Positions 1 to 12,143 of a DNA stretch of 64,000 nucleotides are shown here, one piece after another. Source of the DNA: Tubiluchus corallicola (taxonomy: Eukaryota > Animalia > Priapulida); the NCBI GenBank assembly GCA_030141605.1, contig JAQGDQ010000139.1, forward strand, positions 1-64,000. The letters run 5' to 3'. The notes below the pieces were generated by a model. That model was not told the origin of the DNA, searched no databases, and saw only the letters and a list, made by a program, of their open reading frames with translations. The first letter of the stretch is position 1. Every line of letters starts with the position of its first letter. Position numbers and translations under genes: made by a program.

Positions 1-644
1 AAGGTAAGGCCACAGCCAAATAATATTAAAGCATTTTAGAGTAAACTAACTTCTTTTAAGTTGCTGATCAAACTAACCAAACTGGATGTTAACTACACAT
101 TGTGGTTTCATCATACTTAATAACTTGGGAAATTTCGTCTGCTTAGCAATTTGTCTATAAATCTTGACCAATATCAGTGAAACATTAATTTCATATGTTT
201 GCTGCCGCTTGCTTGGAAATGTTTCGAACATTTCTGTGCTAAATAAATTAAGCATGTATTTTCAGGCTTGTTAATGTTAATGATATAGGTCACCATTCAT
301 GTTGTTCATGTAAATGATTTTCTAAATTATCACTCTCAACCACTGCAATCTTAATTAGATTACTTAATCGATCTGTTATGTTGAATTGTTTATGTTGAGA
401 AATAACAAAGTTACTGGCAAACTAACCTCCACTTTGTGTGTTTGCATTAATGCATTTGAATGACTGATGTTGATGTCAAATGGAGCTGCATTGCATTTTA
501 CAAATGTTACTATTGCTGCTTTTATTATTTGAACATTAATCATCTTGAAATGTCATGCATGAATAATAAAACTGTTCATCCGCACTCACGTTTTAAAGTT
601 TAGCTCTTGGACTGGCTTTTATTTGCAAAATCATTTTTTTTCAG

Positions 645-977
645 GTGGGAAAAAGCGAAATAAAATTTGAAACGGAAGAGGACTGGTTAGCCTGGTTGCG
701 GAATTCTAACCGTTTAGAAGATAATACCGAAAAAGAAATATATGAGGAACTCAAAACCTCGAACAATGTGTTGTTAAAGATGGCAAAAAAGTTTAGCAAA
801 GGTGCACAGGAGGAGTTCAGAAAAGCTTATGTAGCCCAAAGGCAAATTCTGAAACGTAGAGCAGAACTGAAAAAGAGAGGCGCGAGCATATACGAACCTG
901 ATGACTGGTGGGGATATGAACTCATCTACATTAAAAAAGAACGAAGTTTTTGGGATGGCATCATTGCCTCTGTTTAA
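645..977 (+). CDS. Putative terminal coding exon of an unidentified gene that starts left of the window
   Basis: Donor-like aag|gtaagg at 1-9 and a strong acceptor tttttttttcag ending at 644, followed by a 110-codon stop-free, charged, helical-looking frame ending in TAA at 977. Family not recognised. Confidence 0.5.
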   Translation: MGKSEIKFETEEDWLAWLRNSNRLEDNTEKEIYEELKTSNNVLLKMAKKFSKGAQEEFRKAYVAQRQILKRRAELKKRGASIYEPDDWWGYELIYIKKERSFWDGIIASV

Positions 978-1289
978 TATTCTCTGCTGTACTTGTGACT
1001 GTGAATGTGAGTTACCATGGTGTCTCTATGTTGCCTGGACAGTTCTTGTTGTTTCATTCTTCTTCCTACCTAGTTATGCTTTACGGACTAAGCTAACGGA
1101 TATAACAAAAACGTTAACTGGTTGATTTCATGGTGACATCATTCTTTCAAAGCCTGTTTTTCAGTGAACCAACCTATATTTAAAAGATTTTAAAAGTCAT
1201 CGTAAAATTGAATAATGTACAAGTAAAACTATAATTTGTAGTGCTGCCTAATTCAATGATGATAGTGTCCTTACAGTCACTTTCAAGCT

Positions 1290-1620
1290 GAGAGGCATGC
1301 ACCGATGGAAGATAACAGCAAGTTTTTTGTGATTCTGCAACTGCTGGCTGGCAGAATTGATTATTAAGGACATGCACGATGATGTTCTACTTGGTACCGA
1401 ATGGACTCTGAGTTTGCTGAGGAAAAGATACAGAATAACTCGTGCTAGAATTCTTATCAAGCGCATCTGTGAAAAATACATTACATGTAAAAAACACTAT
1501 ACAACAAATTGTCAGCAGAGAGTGGCTGATTTACCCAGGGAAAGGAATACACCAGGTGAGCCATATTTTTCCTACACGGAAATGGATGCATTTGGACCTT
1601 TTCATGTCATGGTTGGCACT
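1290..1620 (+). mobile_element. Decayed BEL/Pao LTR retrotransposon integrase fragment
   Basis: Translation H..GTEWTLSLLRKRYRI...C..CKK...Q.VADLPRER.TPG.PYF...DAFGPF matches the BEL/Pao integrase Zn-binding to core junction (LP..R....PF..tgvDyfGP). Truncated. Confidence 0.75.
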
Positions 1621-2297
1621 GCAGATGGCAACTTGGCAGATGGGAACAGCATTCTGTGAGGATTTAAAATGAGAACAAACAATAGGATTTAAAATTGAAG
1701 ATAAGTAATAACATAATCCTCTTACAGTTTTAGTTATCTATAATGGTTATAAATAGATTCGACTAAAAAGAAAATACTCTCTTTCGCTCTTTTGTTTAGT
1801 GTAAAATAAATAAGGGCAATTAGTAGGCATGTAATTAACAATATCTTTGTTTGTACATCTGTAACTGTATTTTGCGTTTAATTAATAATATCGTTATAAA
1901 TATATCTGTAGCCGTATTTTACTTGTATGTTTGTGTTTAAAATGTAATTTCTTTTCATATTATGTAATGTATTTTTAATTATTTGAGTAAATAAACCGAA
2001 CTAAATTGATTACAGCAGTACCGCCTCTTTGTGTGAAACGAGGATCGCCGAGGACTTCAATTTCGGGTGGCGGGACATTCGGATGAAAGTGTATTAAAAA
2101 GGACGGCGTATAGAATAACAATAGTATAATAGTATTGTTTGAATCTGTATTGTTGGTTACAGTTCTTTGCTATTATTTCAGTGCAAACCTAGAATACAAG
2201 CACACATGAACACGAGTTTATTCCTTCAATAAAGCACGCTTGTACGCGTTTCGTTTACTACAGCTTTAGTACGTGTTCATTCTCAGATCTATGTTGC

Positions 2298-3447
2298 TAG
2301 AGGTCCGGTTCCGAATCTGAATTTTTCTGCCTTAAAGTTCCGGCACCGGATTTGAAATATTGTAGCTTAAGCAATCTGGCGTCAGACCAGAATAACTTTT
2401 AGGCAGTGATTAGTGGTACAGATCTGTGTCCAGAAATCAGTAATTACACTAAGGCCTTAAAAATATGCACCCGTATCCCGAAAGGTATTAACTACAAAAT
2501 ACGCATGAAATACAGAAAGTTAGGCCCGTATCTGGATAGGCATTGAACAGAAAAATTACAATAGTGCGCACTGACATGTTCAGATCAGTATTAGATAATG
2601 TAAATGTAGCCGCTTATTTCTGTAAATATTTTTAAAATGTACAATTAACTGGAGGGAGTGTATACATACAAATGATGAGGATATTTTTTTGCAAAATAAC
2701 CACTATTATAATTTTAAAACTGAATTAAAGTAATATCTGGTGAGAAAATATTTGAAATTTATACAGCTATATCTAATAACACACAGTGAAGCACTTTTTA
2801 AAACCCCATACATGAAACAGTTGACGCATCGAATCTGCTGCAATTTCACAAATTGTTGAAGAGAGACCGTCAATACCCGTGTTGCGGTTAGGTCTCTTAG
2901 ACTTCGCAAGCAAGTATCCATCCTGAAAATAGAAGTACCCGTCTGCTATGCCGGACATGCATACACTAGGCTTTTGTAGAAAAATCGTCTGGGAACATGA
3001 CATTGAGAAACCGGTGGGCAGTTCAGAGTTTCAATTGTAAATAATTATAATGTTTTCTCTAACATCCAGGTCATCAAATTAATATTATTAATAATTATAA
3101 ATATCTATATAAACGTAACGCTCATTATTATACATTATTCCGGCACCTTTGGTAATGTAAGGAACATGTTCAGTGTAGTCAGCTGTCCTACAGTTATAGA
3201 CTTATCTAATGTTAAAATGGACCTAAATCAACGTCATACATGCAATCACCTATTTACTCTAGTGTGACTTTGCCGCAGAGTGGTTGAGTATTAAGGAGTG
3301 TTATTTGACTGGCATACATATGAAACTAGGCATGAGCATGGCGGCTGCTGCTGCTCAATGTTTTGGTATGTTCTTTGTATTTTGGACAAAGTTGCACAGT
3401 ACCGGACCTGTAAGAGAAAATTTATCGGATACAGTGCCGGACCACTA
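2298..3447. mobile_element. Non-autonomous hAT-like/MITE element with short TIRs
   Basis: Left end tagaggtccggttccg and right end tgccggaccacta (rc tagtggtccggca); subterminal ccgg(a/t) motifs at both ends. No clean TSD. Confidence 0.4.
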
Positions 3448-3449
3448 GA

Positions 3450-5420
3450 CACATTGTTCTAAGATTGAGGTTCCCTACCACAAAAACGTGTAAGCGTTTA
3501 TTGTGGTTATCAAAGTAGTTAAAAAGCGTAATTTTTGCGTTCGTTATACCTTGCACAGTTTTCGTCCTCATTTATGTTAAGCAATGTTATTAAAGAAATT
3601 GTGCCAGCCGGTTTAATCAAACCTGTGACTCTATTTGCTGACTTTTTGATCCCTGTTACATGCTTATTCCATTTCAAGTCTTACGAAATCCATATGATGA
3701 AATCTTTCACTTCATTTGGCTGATTACTTTTGGACCCACGAATTTTGTACATCTGAAATCATACTTTGGTCTTATGCGAAGCACAGAGCACTTAGCCGAT
3801 TTTGGGGTCAATAAGTACAATTTACGCCATCTTTCTACCTGAAATGCAACGTTTTATAGGTCTATGCAGTTTTGGTATGTATGTACATCAGCTACATGTA
3901 ATACTGGCTTTCCATTAAGATATCAGGAAAGGTCATCCACATAGATTAGGAAGCAGTATAATTCCAAACGAATTCCTTGTGAGATACCACTTTCCATGTG
4001 TATCCAGATCAATTTTTAGCTATAACAATTAACAGGAAACTCTTAAACCATCTTAAAAGCCGACCTCTAATACCACCATACTTCATCTCAAGCAGCAACC
4101 GATTGAATGGGGCTGAGTCAAATGCAGGGTCGAAATCGATGTACATTATATCAATACCTGGGAAACAAGGATCATCGAATGCCTTTGTCCAATTGTTCAG
4201 ACTCTGCAAAAGATTTGTGGCAGTAGATCTACTGGGAAGTAACCCATGCTGGTTTGCACAGATACAATCATTGCTCACAAATAATGGAATAAGAAAACTC
4301 CAAATTGTGTTTTCAAATACTTTCACAACAACAGTGTTAAAAACATTGAGAGGAGATCGCTAACAATTTCCTGCTTCAGCACCTGTGGGATCGAGCTGTG
4401 GTCCAATTAAAAGGTACTATTCCAAAGTCAAGTGAGTTTATGAAAAACAGGTATGACGGACATGCTAGCTGCCATGCACGTTTCTTTAATACAATATTCT
4501 TGATATAGTCTGGCTCAGATGACCTGAAGGGGTTCAATGAAACTAGTCTTTTGCATATATCATTCACTGTAAGCTTGTTGGTAGTGGTCAGACTATGGAG
4601 GAGAAACAGGAACATTGGCTCAGATGTATATATATATTAGCAAACTCATTATTGATTACCTACATGAAATCCACATGACTGGAAATTACAGAACCACATC
4701 CATCAGTAGCTTGAATGGAACTGATATGGTATTTTGGTTTGATGAAATGCTTGGCGTATCTAAAAAACTTTATTGCATTCTTACCTAAATTACTCAGAAG
4801 TTTATGCTCATATTCAATTCTGTATGCTCGTACTTCGTTTGCTAATTCAGTGGCAGCTTTCTGGTATTGCTCGTACGCACTGCTTAGATTGCATTTCTTG
4901 TACAACTGCCAAAGTTTCTGCTTTATTTGTCAATGTCTTAATATGCCATTATTCGCATCCATGGAAATATAAATTTCTCTGTTAGAGTTTTGACAGGGGC
5001 AAGTTTATTAATTGCATAATAGTAACAACTTTTAAACACATGCCAGCACTCATTTAATTGACAGGTTGGTAAAGATATGTAACCAATAAAGAGAATTAAA
5101 AGATTGTTGCATTGATTTCCAATCAGTTGACCAAAAACAATATGTGGATTTACCAGTTTCTGGTTTAAAGACTCCTTCAACAGCAATATTTATAACAACA
5201 CTGTGATCACTTTTGGAAAACCCTTGGGAATCAGTTACCAAAACATGTTCTGCACAATTGCATAACACCAAATCAAGCACATTAACTTTCCTTATAGGGT
5301 AATTGACCAATTGAAAGAACAAATTGTTATTTAGGGTATCAACAAACTGCCTCTCTAAGGCTGATGATGGCACTGGACATTCCCACAAAAAGTTTGGAAA
5401 ATTAGTCTCGACAAAATACC
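3450..5420 (-). mobile_element. Decayed CR1/L2-like LINE ORF2 (endonuclease end plus RT)
   Basis: Minus-strand frames give NVLDLVLCN..SDH (APE C-terminus), QHGLLPSRSTATNLL, YIDFDPAFDS and GIRGRLLRWFKSFL; many frameshifts and stops. Confidence 0.85.
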
Positions 5421-7730
5421 TGCTCTATCTGGAAGGAAAGCAAACTCACTGCCAGTGAACTGTATATGCTGCCTTTGTACATGTCACTGACTCAAATCTG
5501 CGCTGCATTCCAAACTTAGTTATTAACACTCACTTTTTTGTTTTTCAAAGTTTGTTTTCAAAACTCAATCAATTGTGGTTTTGTACTACCTGTCATTATC
5601 ATAATCTTGATACCAAAAGTGGAATATTGCGAAAATGAAGTTTAATTTATTTCATAGTATTGACTTACTTGTGAACTAATTGACAAAAGTTTTTTGCAGT
5701 GTGTTGTCTTATTAATGAACAATTAACTTTTTTGTATCTTGCGAGAAACACTGTGGAACATTCTTTATGCCTCTCGTGGCAAAAACGTTCAATTAGTGCA
5801 GCTTTTGCTAATGGCGTAAAACGCGGTGAACCCACTGCGAGTTGACAACTTACGATATTCAACACTTACATTGTACAGTATATACCCGACCTTGACTCGG
5901 TTAGGTATTCTGCTGAAAGGATTGTCATTGTGTTCATCTATTTAATTCCATAAAGTTTGCAGATGGGATATCTTTTGCTGCTATAAAATCTTTAAATATA
6001 GCATATGTCAGTGTGTAATGTTAAACATCCTAACCACGAGAGCAAAAGTTAACCTACAGGAATTAGTTAAAATTGTGAAAAACTCAAAATATTGTCAGCA
6101 ATGCAGTGTAGTTGCAAAACTGTAGGCTTAAATTAAAAAAGCATGTTTCGTGCAAAAAAGAAGCCCAATGATAAATTATGCTAGAATGGATTAATTTCGG
6201 CACATAAAAATTGCTAGTGCACCGCTAGCGCAAGGTAATTTTAGAATTTCCTCATGATACGTGGGTTTTACCAGCGTTGATAAATATAAGCTTATGTGAA
6301 CCCCATGCATAAAGAGGCTATGAAATATTCTATGTACAATAGTGAATAAACATTTAAGAACTATTTTAGCTTTACTAGAATACTCAGTCCGTTTAAACAC
6401 TGAAACTCCGTTTTCAAATTTTTACCAGATGCTTTATCCATTTTTTCATTAAAATATTGAAGTTTTCTGACAATATTAAATTTTCAATGTCTCAAACTCC
6501 ACAACATGCACAAGTTAGTACCAAGTAATTGTGGCTTTTGTCAGAGGTCCAAGTTTACCCAAATGTTTATAGGTTATTAGTGCTGAAGTTGTGGACCTAT
6601 TTTAACTTGTTAAATTAGTTGTTGACCAAATTTTTTACGTTAATAATTTAATTATTGCCTGTTCATCGCTAGATTTAGACAGTTTCCATGTCATACTTTT
6701 TATAAAATTACATGCACTTTTATTTTTTACATTTTGTTGCACGAAATTTTTAACTTATTATTTATATCATGTTGTGGTCAGCTGGACTGAAATACTGTAA
6801 TGTGATAATAGTAATAGGCCTTGTTACAACTGATAATAAAATTAATGCCCGATATTGTAATGGAAAAAATTGCCGCGCAACGTAATAGGAATCAAAATGT
6901 AATCTAATAATTGACCATTAATGTAATAAAAAACTAGTGCATAACGAAGACCCCGAAACGTCTTAATGTCATAACCCAAAAGTTTAACGTGCGTTGTAAC
7001 ACTACGCATGGGTGATGGCAGGCGGACGCACTGATGCACACGCGTCCGCAGAATTTCTTTTTTTTGCTGTAAACCAAGAAACACATCAACCACTTGTTTG
7101 TTTGCACAGTCCATGTGCAGTAAGCTTTTAGGTAAATGTAGTTGCACTTTGATCTGCATTTAGAGGGTGGGCCTAAGAGGGTGCCCCCTTTCATGTTAGT
7201 AGTGAAATTATAAGTCACGAGTTCGAGGTGACATAATGAGTTTTAAACCAGTGAAGTTGCCTGAGGAAATAGCTTCTAGCACCTGCAAAATGGTGTAAAA
7301 TGCATGTGTTCCTGAGACGTTTTACCGTTTAGCTGTCCAGTCCGGTGGGAAAAATGAGCACACACGCAAGCTTATTACTTAACAGTCTCAAATTAGTTTC
7401 ATGTTTGACTATCCACATTCTTTTGGTAGATAATCTTGACACTAAATAAATTAAGCTTATCTTGGGTCATCTGCATTGCAGCATATTACGAACTTGCTTT
7501 TAAAATATATGACTACTACAGTAGAATACAATGAATATTACCTAGGTAAATGTAGATAAAATATAGCAGAATTTTTGATGTTTGTGGCCATTTAGCAGAA
7601 TTTAGATATTATTTGAGGCCTCCAAAATATGCTTAATTACAGGAAGACCCCCCAGCTGCATGTGCATCAAATTTTTTAAACTCTGGCAGCGCCCATGTCA
7701 CTACAGAAACACATAATGTTTAAACAAACA

Positions 7731-7865
7731 GTCTAACCGAACCGGAATAATATAGCTGAATCAATGTACCAGTAGTGTAGTGCTGTGGGAATACGTGAGT
7801 CTAACCGAACCGGAATAATATAGCTGAATCAATGTACCAGTAGTGTAGTGCTGTGGGAATACGTG
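7731..7865. repeat. Perfect tandem duplication of about 67 bp
   Basis: gtctaaccgaaccggaataatatagctgaatcaatgtaccagtagtgtagtgctgtgggaatacgtg occurs at 7731 and 7799. Confidence 0.9.
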
Positions 7866-8829
7866 GTAGTAGCACGTTTTCTTACTCTTTTTGTAGGGGG
7901 ATGGTGTTCACACCTAGTGCTTGTGCAGCAGCTCCTGACTTGGAATTATAAACAATTGCTTATATTTATTCCTTTTTTAAAATATACAGTTTTGTAAAGG
8001 CAGAGTAAGCCAGCAGGCTTAAAGCGCTTATGCTGATCATTTAATTATATTATTAAAAAAGAACTTCGTTAGCACCAAGTTAAAACGACAAGTTAACATA
8101 TAATTAACATTATTCCTTAAGAATGTATTGTGCTGTATTCCTATTGTGCTGTAAAACTTTTACAAAGTTTTCCCTTCTAATCCAATTTACATTCAAATAG
8201 CAGATGATGTGAGGTTTATTTTACCTCACCTCTAAACACTGGTGCACATTATTTTCTTCACAACCAGTATTGTACAGGAAGGCATCTTGTGCAGCCATCA
8301 TGGCAGTTGTCCTGCAGTCCTAATTGTGATGAAATCACAAGTGCTTTTAAGCACCAGGATATGGATTCCTTGACTTTGAAGACTTATGCTTATATACATT
8401 TAACATAATTGCACCACTCGTTAATACAACAGTGTGTTACAATAATACAACAACATTGTTTTGTGTTGCGACCATTTTAAAAACTATGGCAATTTTTGAA
8501 TTAAAAATAACAGAAATGGATTCCTTAGGTCCAACTACCCTGATATAGTTGTCTTAACCACCTCTTAATGTTAATATTTTGATTCATGCTGTGAACAAAA
8601 ACTTTTTGGCTATTTTGATTTTTTTTGCATTTTTAGCCCTTTTCCGCTAGTTTTTGAAGCTGGCAACAGGTTTTTTGGATTCAGCATGTCAAATTGTAAA
8701 TTCGTGTAGTCTACAAAAGGTGAGAGAGGAATACAGAAAGAGAGAGAGAGGGGAGGAGAAAGAGGGAGAGAGAGAATAGTGGGAGAAAGCAAGCTAAAGC
8801 TTTACCTCGGGTAAAACTTGGGTATGCAC

Positions 8830-9180
8830 TAGTCACCTGGTTACTGCAGTACATCACTCTAATTAACCAGATTCAACAGATTCAGAGATGTTGCCTTCGA
8901 ATTATGACTAAGGGACAAGCTGAAGATGTCACCATACTGTATCAGAAACGGAAAACTATAGGTCTTATTCATTGTTACAAAACTTTGAACGAGTTGACAT
9001 CTTGACTAACGATGACTTCTTCGCCCCGACTCATCACCTCTATGATCTACGTGGACATTTGATGACACTTTCATCATGCAAACAGAAGACATCACTTTTT
9101 CACCGAAAGAGTTATTCTCTGCTGCCTTGCCAGATGCCGTGATTAGTGCCCCAAATGTTAGTATTTTCAAGAGCAAATGA
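8830..9180 (+). mobile_element. 3' end fragment of a CR1/L2-like LINE ORF2
   Basis: Plus-strand frames give INQIQQIQRCCLRI, LIHCYKTLN, YDLRGH and LPDAVISAPNVSIFKSK, typical of the post-RT C-terminus (LRGH...WN.LP..VV.A.S...FK). Confidence 0.7.
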
Positions 9181-10151
9181 TGGCTCAGCATTAGCGCCAT
9201 TGTGGCCTGCTGAGTTATTAAGTTTTGAAAGTAAATTATTCTGTTACTGTTTCAGCATTAACTATCCGAGTTGGAGGCTATTATATTATCGGCGGTAACA
9301 GGTTTTCATTACATAGTGGGCAACTGGCTCATCAAAAAACAAAAAATAGTATTACAGAGTCTCTGTGTTGTTTTGAAGAGTTGTAGGTTTCTCATATTGT
9401 GTTTCCCTCTTGGTTGCAAATGCAAAGGTGTGAAAATTGTATTTTGTTCTAACACTTGTTGCAATGGTTTCGCCTATTTACGTAGACTGCTTGTGTTAGA
9501 CTAATTGTTTGTTGTAGCTGTGATCTTTGCTTGAATCTGATGTATAAGGTACATTTTTATGTTTTCGTTATAGAATCTCTTTCTAAGTTATTTCCACTTG
9601 TATTCTGACAATTTCATTTTCACTCTTTCGATTGTGGCTGTTTCATGTATTTAATTTAGTATTTGTTTTGCTTGCTTTTAATAATGGGGATTCTTGTAAT
9701 TTTTTGCACTATATTTTTAATAGATGGATAGTTGCGTGATCATGACTATATTGCTCGAAAGCATAACGTTGCAGATGAGCAGTTGTTTGTATTGGAACAA
9801 AAGCCATGCTTTGCTTAAGCGGGTGCTGGCTGTTATTTTCATTTAAAGAATTCATTTTCCCCCATCAAGAATTGGTTTTAAGATTGTGGTTTGTTCCATC
9901 ATTCATTTAACTAGTACACCTGGTACATCATGTAATTTAAAAGGCTGTCGAGTGTCACAGCCGCCAAAATCTAAACCTGACTCTGCCTTCCTTTTATGTA
10001 TTTATTGCAGTTTAACAAGTGCTGGTTTGTATCATTGGTATTCATCCCCAGTTGCATACTGGGCTTAACAACTGGTCCTGTAGACAAGATCATCAGTGGG
10101 TCCATTTTTAATAACTTATTTTTTTATTTTCTTGTCTAGGTTTTAGTTAAA

Positions 10152-12143
10152 ATGGGAATTCAAGGCCTTCTACCTTTTGTGAAGAATGCTTGTCATCAAA
10201 TTAATATCAAGCAGTTTTCAGGATGGACTCTTTGTGTCGACATGTACTGCTTCCTTCACAAGGGTGCATTTGCGTGCGCTGGGCAACTTATTCGTGGAGC
10301 ACCTACTGACCAGTATGTCTACTACTGCTTGAAATATATCAATATGTTACTTTCTTGTGGTATAAAGCCGATTCTGGTATTTGATGGTTGTTGTCTACCA
10401 GCAAAAGAAACTACAGAAAAACGTCGTAGACAAAAGCGTGAACATATGAAAAAGAAGGGTAAGCAACTCTACAGGGAAGGGAAATTGAATGAAGCCAGAG
10501 ACTGTTTTCAGCAGTGTGTTGAAGTAACTCCCCAAATGGCTCATGAAGTGATTATAGCTGCACGAGAAATTGGAGTTGACTGTATCGTCGCTCCCTATGA
10601 AGCAGATGCCCAGTTAGCCTATCTGTGTAAAACAGGAATTGCTCAGTGTGCTGTAACGGAGGACTCGGACATGATAGTTTTTGGTTGTAACATGGTTGTT
10701 TTTAAGCTAGATCTTAATGGAAATTGTTTTCTATATGAAAAGTCACGCCTTGGTCGATGTTTTGGTCCTACGGCACAGCACTTCACCTTTGAGAAGTTTC
10801 GACGGGCTTGCATCATGTCTGGTTGTGACTACTTGTCTTCTTTACCTGGTATTGGATTACAGAAGGCCATGAAAGTCTTCAAGCAGACACGCAATCCAAA
10901 TCTTCGGTTTGTTTTGACTAAAATTTCATCTTATTTAAATATGCCTACATTAGAAGTTACTGATGAGTATATTGAAATGTTTATTCGTGCTGAAAATACG
11001 TTTCTTTATCAAGTGGTGTTTGATCCTCTAAAAAGATTACTGGTCCCAATTAATGTTCTACCAAATGATCTTGATGTTAAAAACATGAGCTATGCTGGAC
11101 CATACTTTGACAAACAATTTGCGTTAGACATAGCTGTCGGAAATGTGGATGTGATTACCATGATGAGAATAGATAATTACAACCCTGATTGTAGGAATTT
11201 ACCTATTTCTAAATCTCACACTTGGTGTAATGTTAAAACTAAAGGTAAACCTGCTGAATTAAGCATATGGGATAAAAATTACATGCCAAAAGGACAGTTT
11301 GCTGAAACGGTTCAACCAATGATAGAAGGTTGTGCACCAAAACATAAAGAAGACACACAAATACAAAAAATAGACAAGTCAAGTAATGTAAACAAAAGAA
11401 AAATTATGAATATGCAGTCAGATGACGCTAGTACATTTAACCTTTCTGACCTTGAATTGGCTGCTGCATACAGAGCACCAGATTTCCCATATCCGTTAGC
11501 TAAGCGCATGAAATTGGGTGAAACTCTTCGAAAAAACCCAGTAAATATAGTTAAAAGCAGATTCTTTGCTACGGAACAGTCAAGGGGTTTAGAACATCAG
11601 TCTGCCACCGTGAATTTTGTCCCTGAACCTGAGTTTGAAGTTAGTCGCAACACCTACGACCAATTCAGTCAACACCTGTCACAGGATAGTTTTTGTAGTA
11701 TCCAGAGCAGTGAAATTGATCATAAATGCAATCATTTTAATGATGAAGAAGATGATGATTTAAATATGTCAGCAGGTATATTTCATATGGATAAGATGCT
11801 GTCATCGTCAGTAGCTAAAATAAAGACCAAACAAATATTGGAAAGCAAACAGGCAACAAAGAATAAGTCATTAGAGAACAAACTGCCATTACGGAGAAAC
11901 TTGGAAAACAGTGATTCAGTAAAGACAGCTGCCAAGAAATATGAGCATAAGTCTGCTCTGCTAGATCATTTTTCAAAAACGAAGAAATTTGACTGGAGTT
12001 CATATCAGCATACTATTACACTAAAAACTGGTATTACGCCAGTTAGTCGAAGTCCGCTTTCGCAGTCGCAGTACAAACTACCGCGTCTTACAAAGTTTCA
12101 ACATTCACCTAAGAAAAAGTTGTCACCTCAAACTATATTATAG
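10152..12143 (+). CDS. EXO1: Exonuclease 1 (XPG/Rad2 family 5'-3' exonuclease/flap endonuclease), 663 aa, single coding exon
   Basis: MGIQGLLPFVK start, VDMYCFLHKG, LVFDG, APYEADAQLAYL, TEDSD, SGCDYLSSLPGIGL, AENTFLYQVVFDP are EXO1 XPG-N/XPG-I/H3TH motifs; KSRFF MLH1-interaction box at 11553-11567; acceptor ttttcttgtctag ending 10139 implies an intron in the 5'UTR. Confidence 0.97.
   Translation: MGIQGLLPFVKNACHQINIKQFSGWTLCVDMYCFLHKGAFACAGQLIRGAPTDQYVYYCLKYINMLLSCGIKPILVFDGCCLPAKETTEKRRRQKREHMKKKGKQLYREGKLNEARDCFQQCVEVTPQMAHEVIIAAREIGVDCIVAPYEADAQLAYLCKTGIAQCAVTEDSDMIVFGCNMVVFKLDLNGNCFLYEKSRLGRCFGPTAQHFTFEKFRRACIMSGCDYLSSLPGIGLQKAMKVFKQTRNPNLRFVLTKISSYLNMPTLEVTDEYIEMFIRAENTFLYQVVFDPLKRLLVPINVLPNDLDVKNMSYAGPYFDKQFALDIAVGNVDVITMMRIDNYNPDCRNLPISKSHTWCNVKTKGKPAELSIWDKNYMPKGQFAETVQPMIEGCAPKHKEDTQIQKIDKSSNVNKRKIMNMQSDDASTFNLSDLELAAAYRAPDFPYPLAKRMKLGETLRKNPVNIVKSRFFATEQSRGLEHQSATVNFVPEPEFEVSRNTYDQFSQHLSQDSFCSIQSSEIDHKCNHFNDEEDDDLNMSAGIFHMDKMLSSSVAKIKTKQILESKQATKNKSLENKLPLRRNLENSDSVKTAAKKYEHKSALLDHFSKTKKFDWSSYQHTITLKTGITPVSRSPLSQSQYKLPRLTKFQHSPKKKLSPQTIL

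Noticed and set aside
2813-2923. Exon-like minus-strand cassette (ttttcag|DGYLLAKSK...RQLFH|gtatgg)
   Set aside because: Lies inside the putative TIR element 2298-3447, has no recognisable homology and no consistent partner exons.
7022-7049. Hairpin gcggacgc-N12-gcgtccgc as a Helitron end or ncRNA
   Set aside because: Only an 8-bp stem, with no adjacent CTRR terminus or RNA-family features.
9006-9200. Minus-strand ORF resembling a signal-peptide protein
   Set aside because: It is the antisense of a LINE ORF2 3' fragment on the plus strand.
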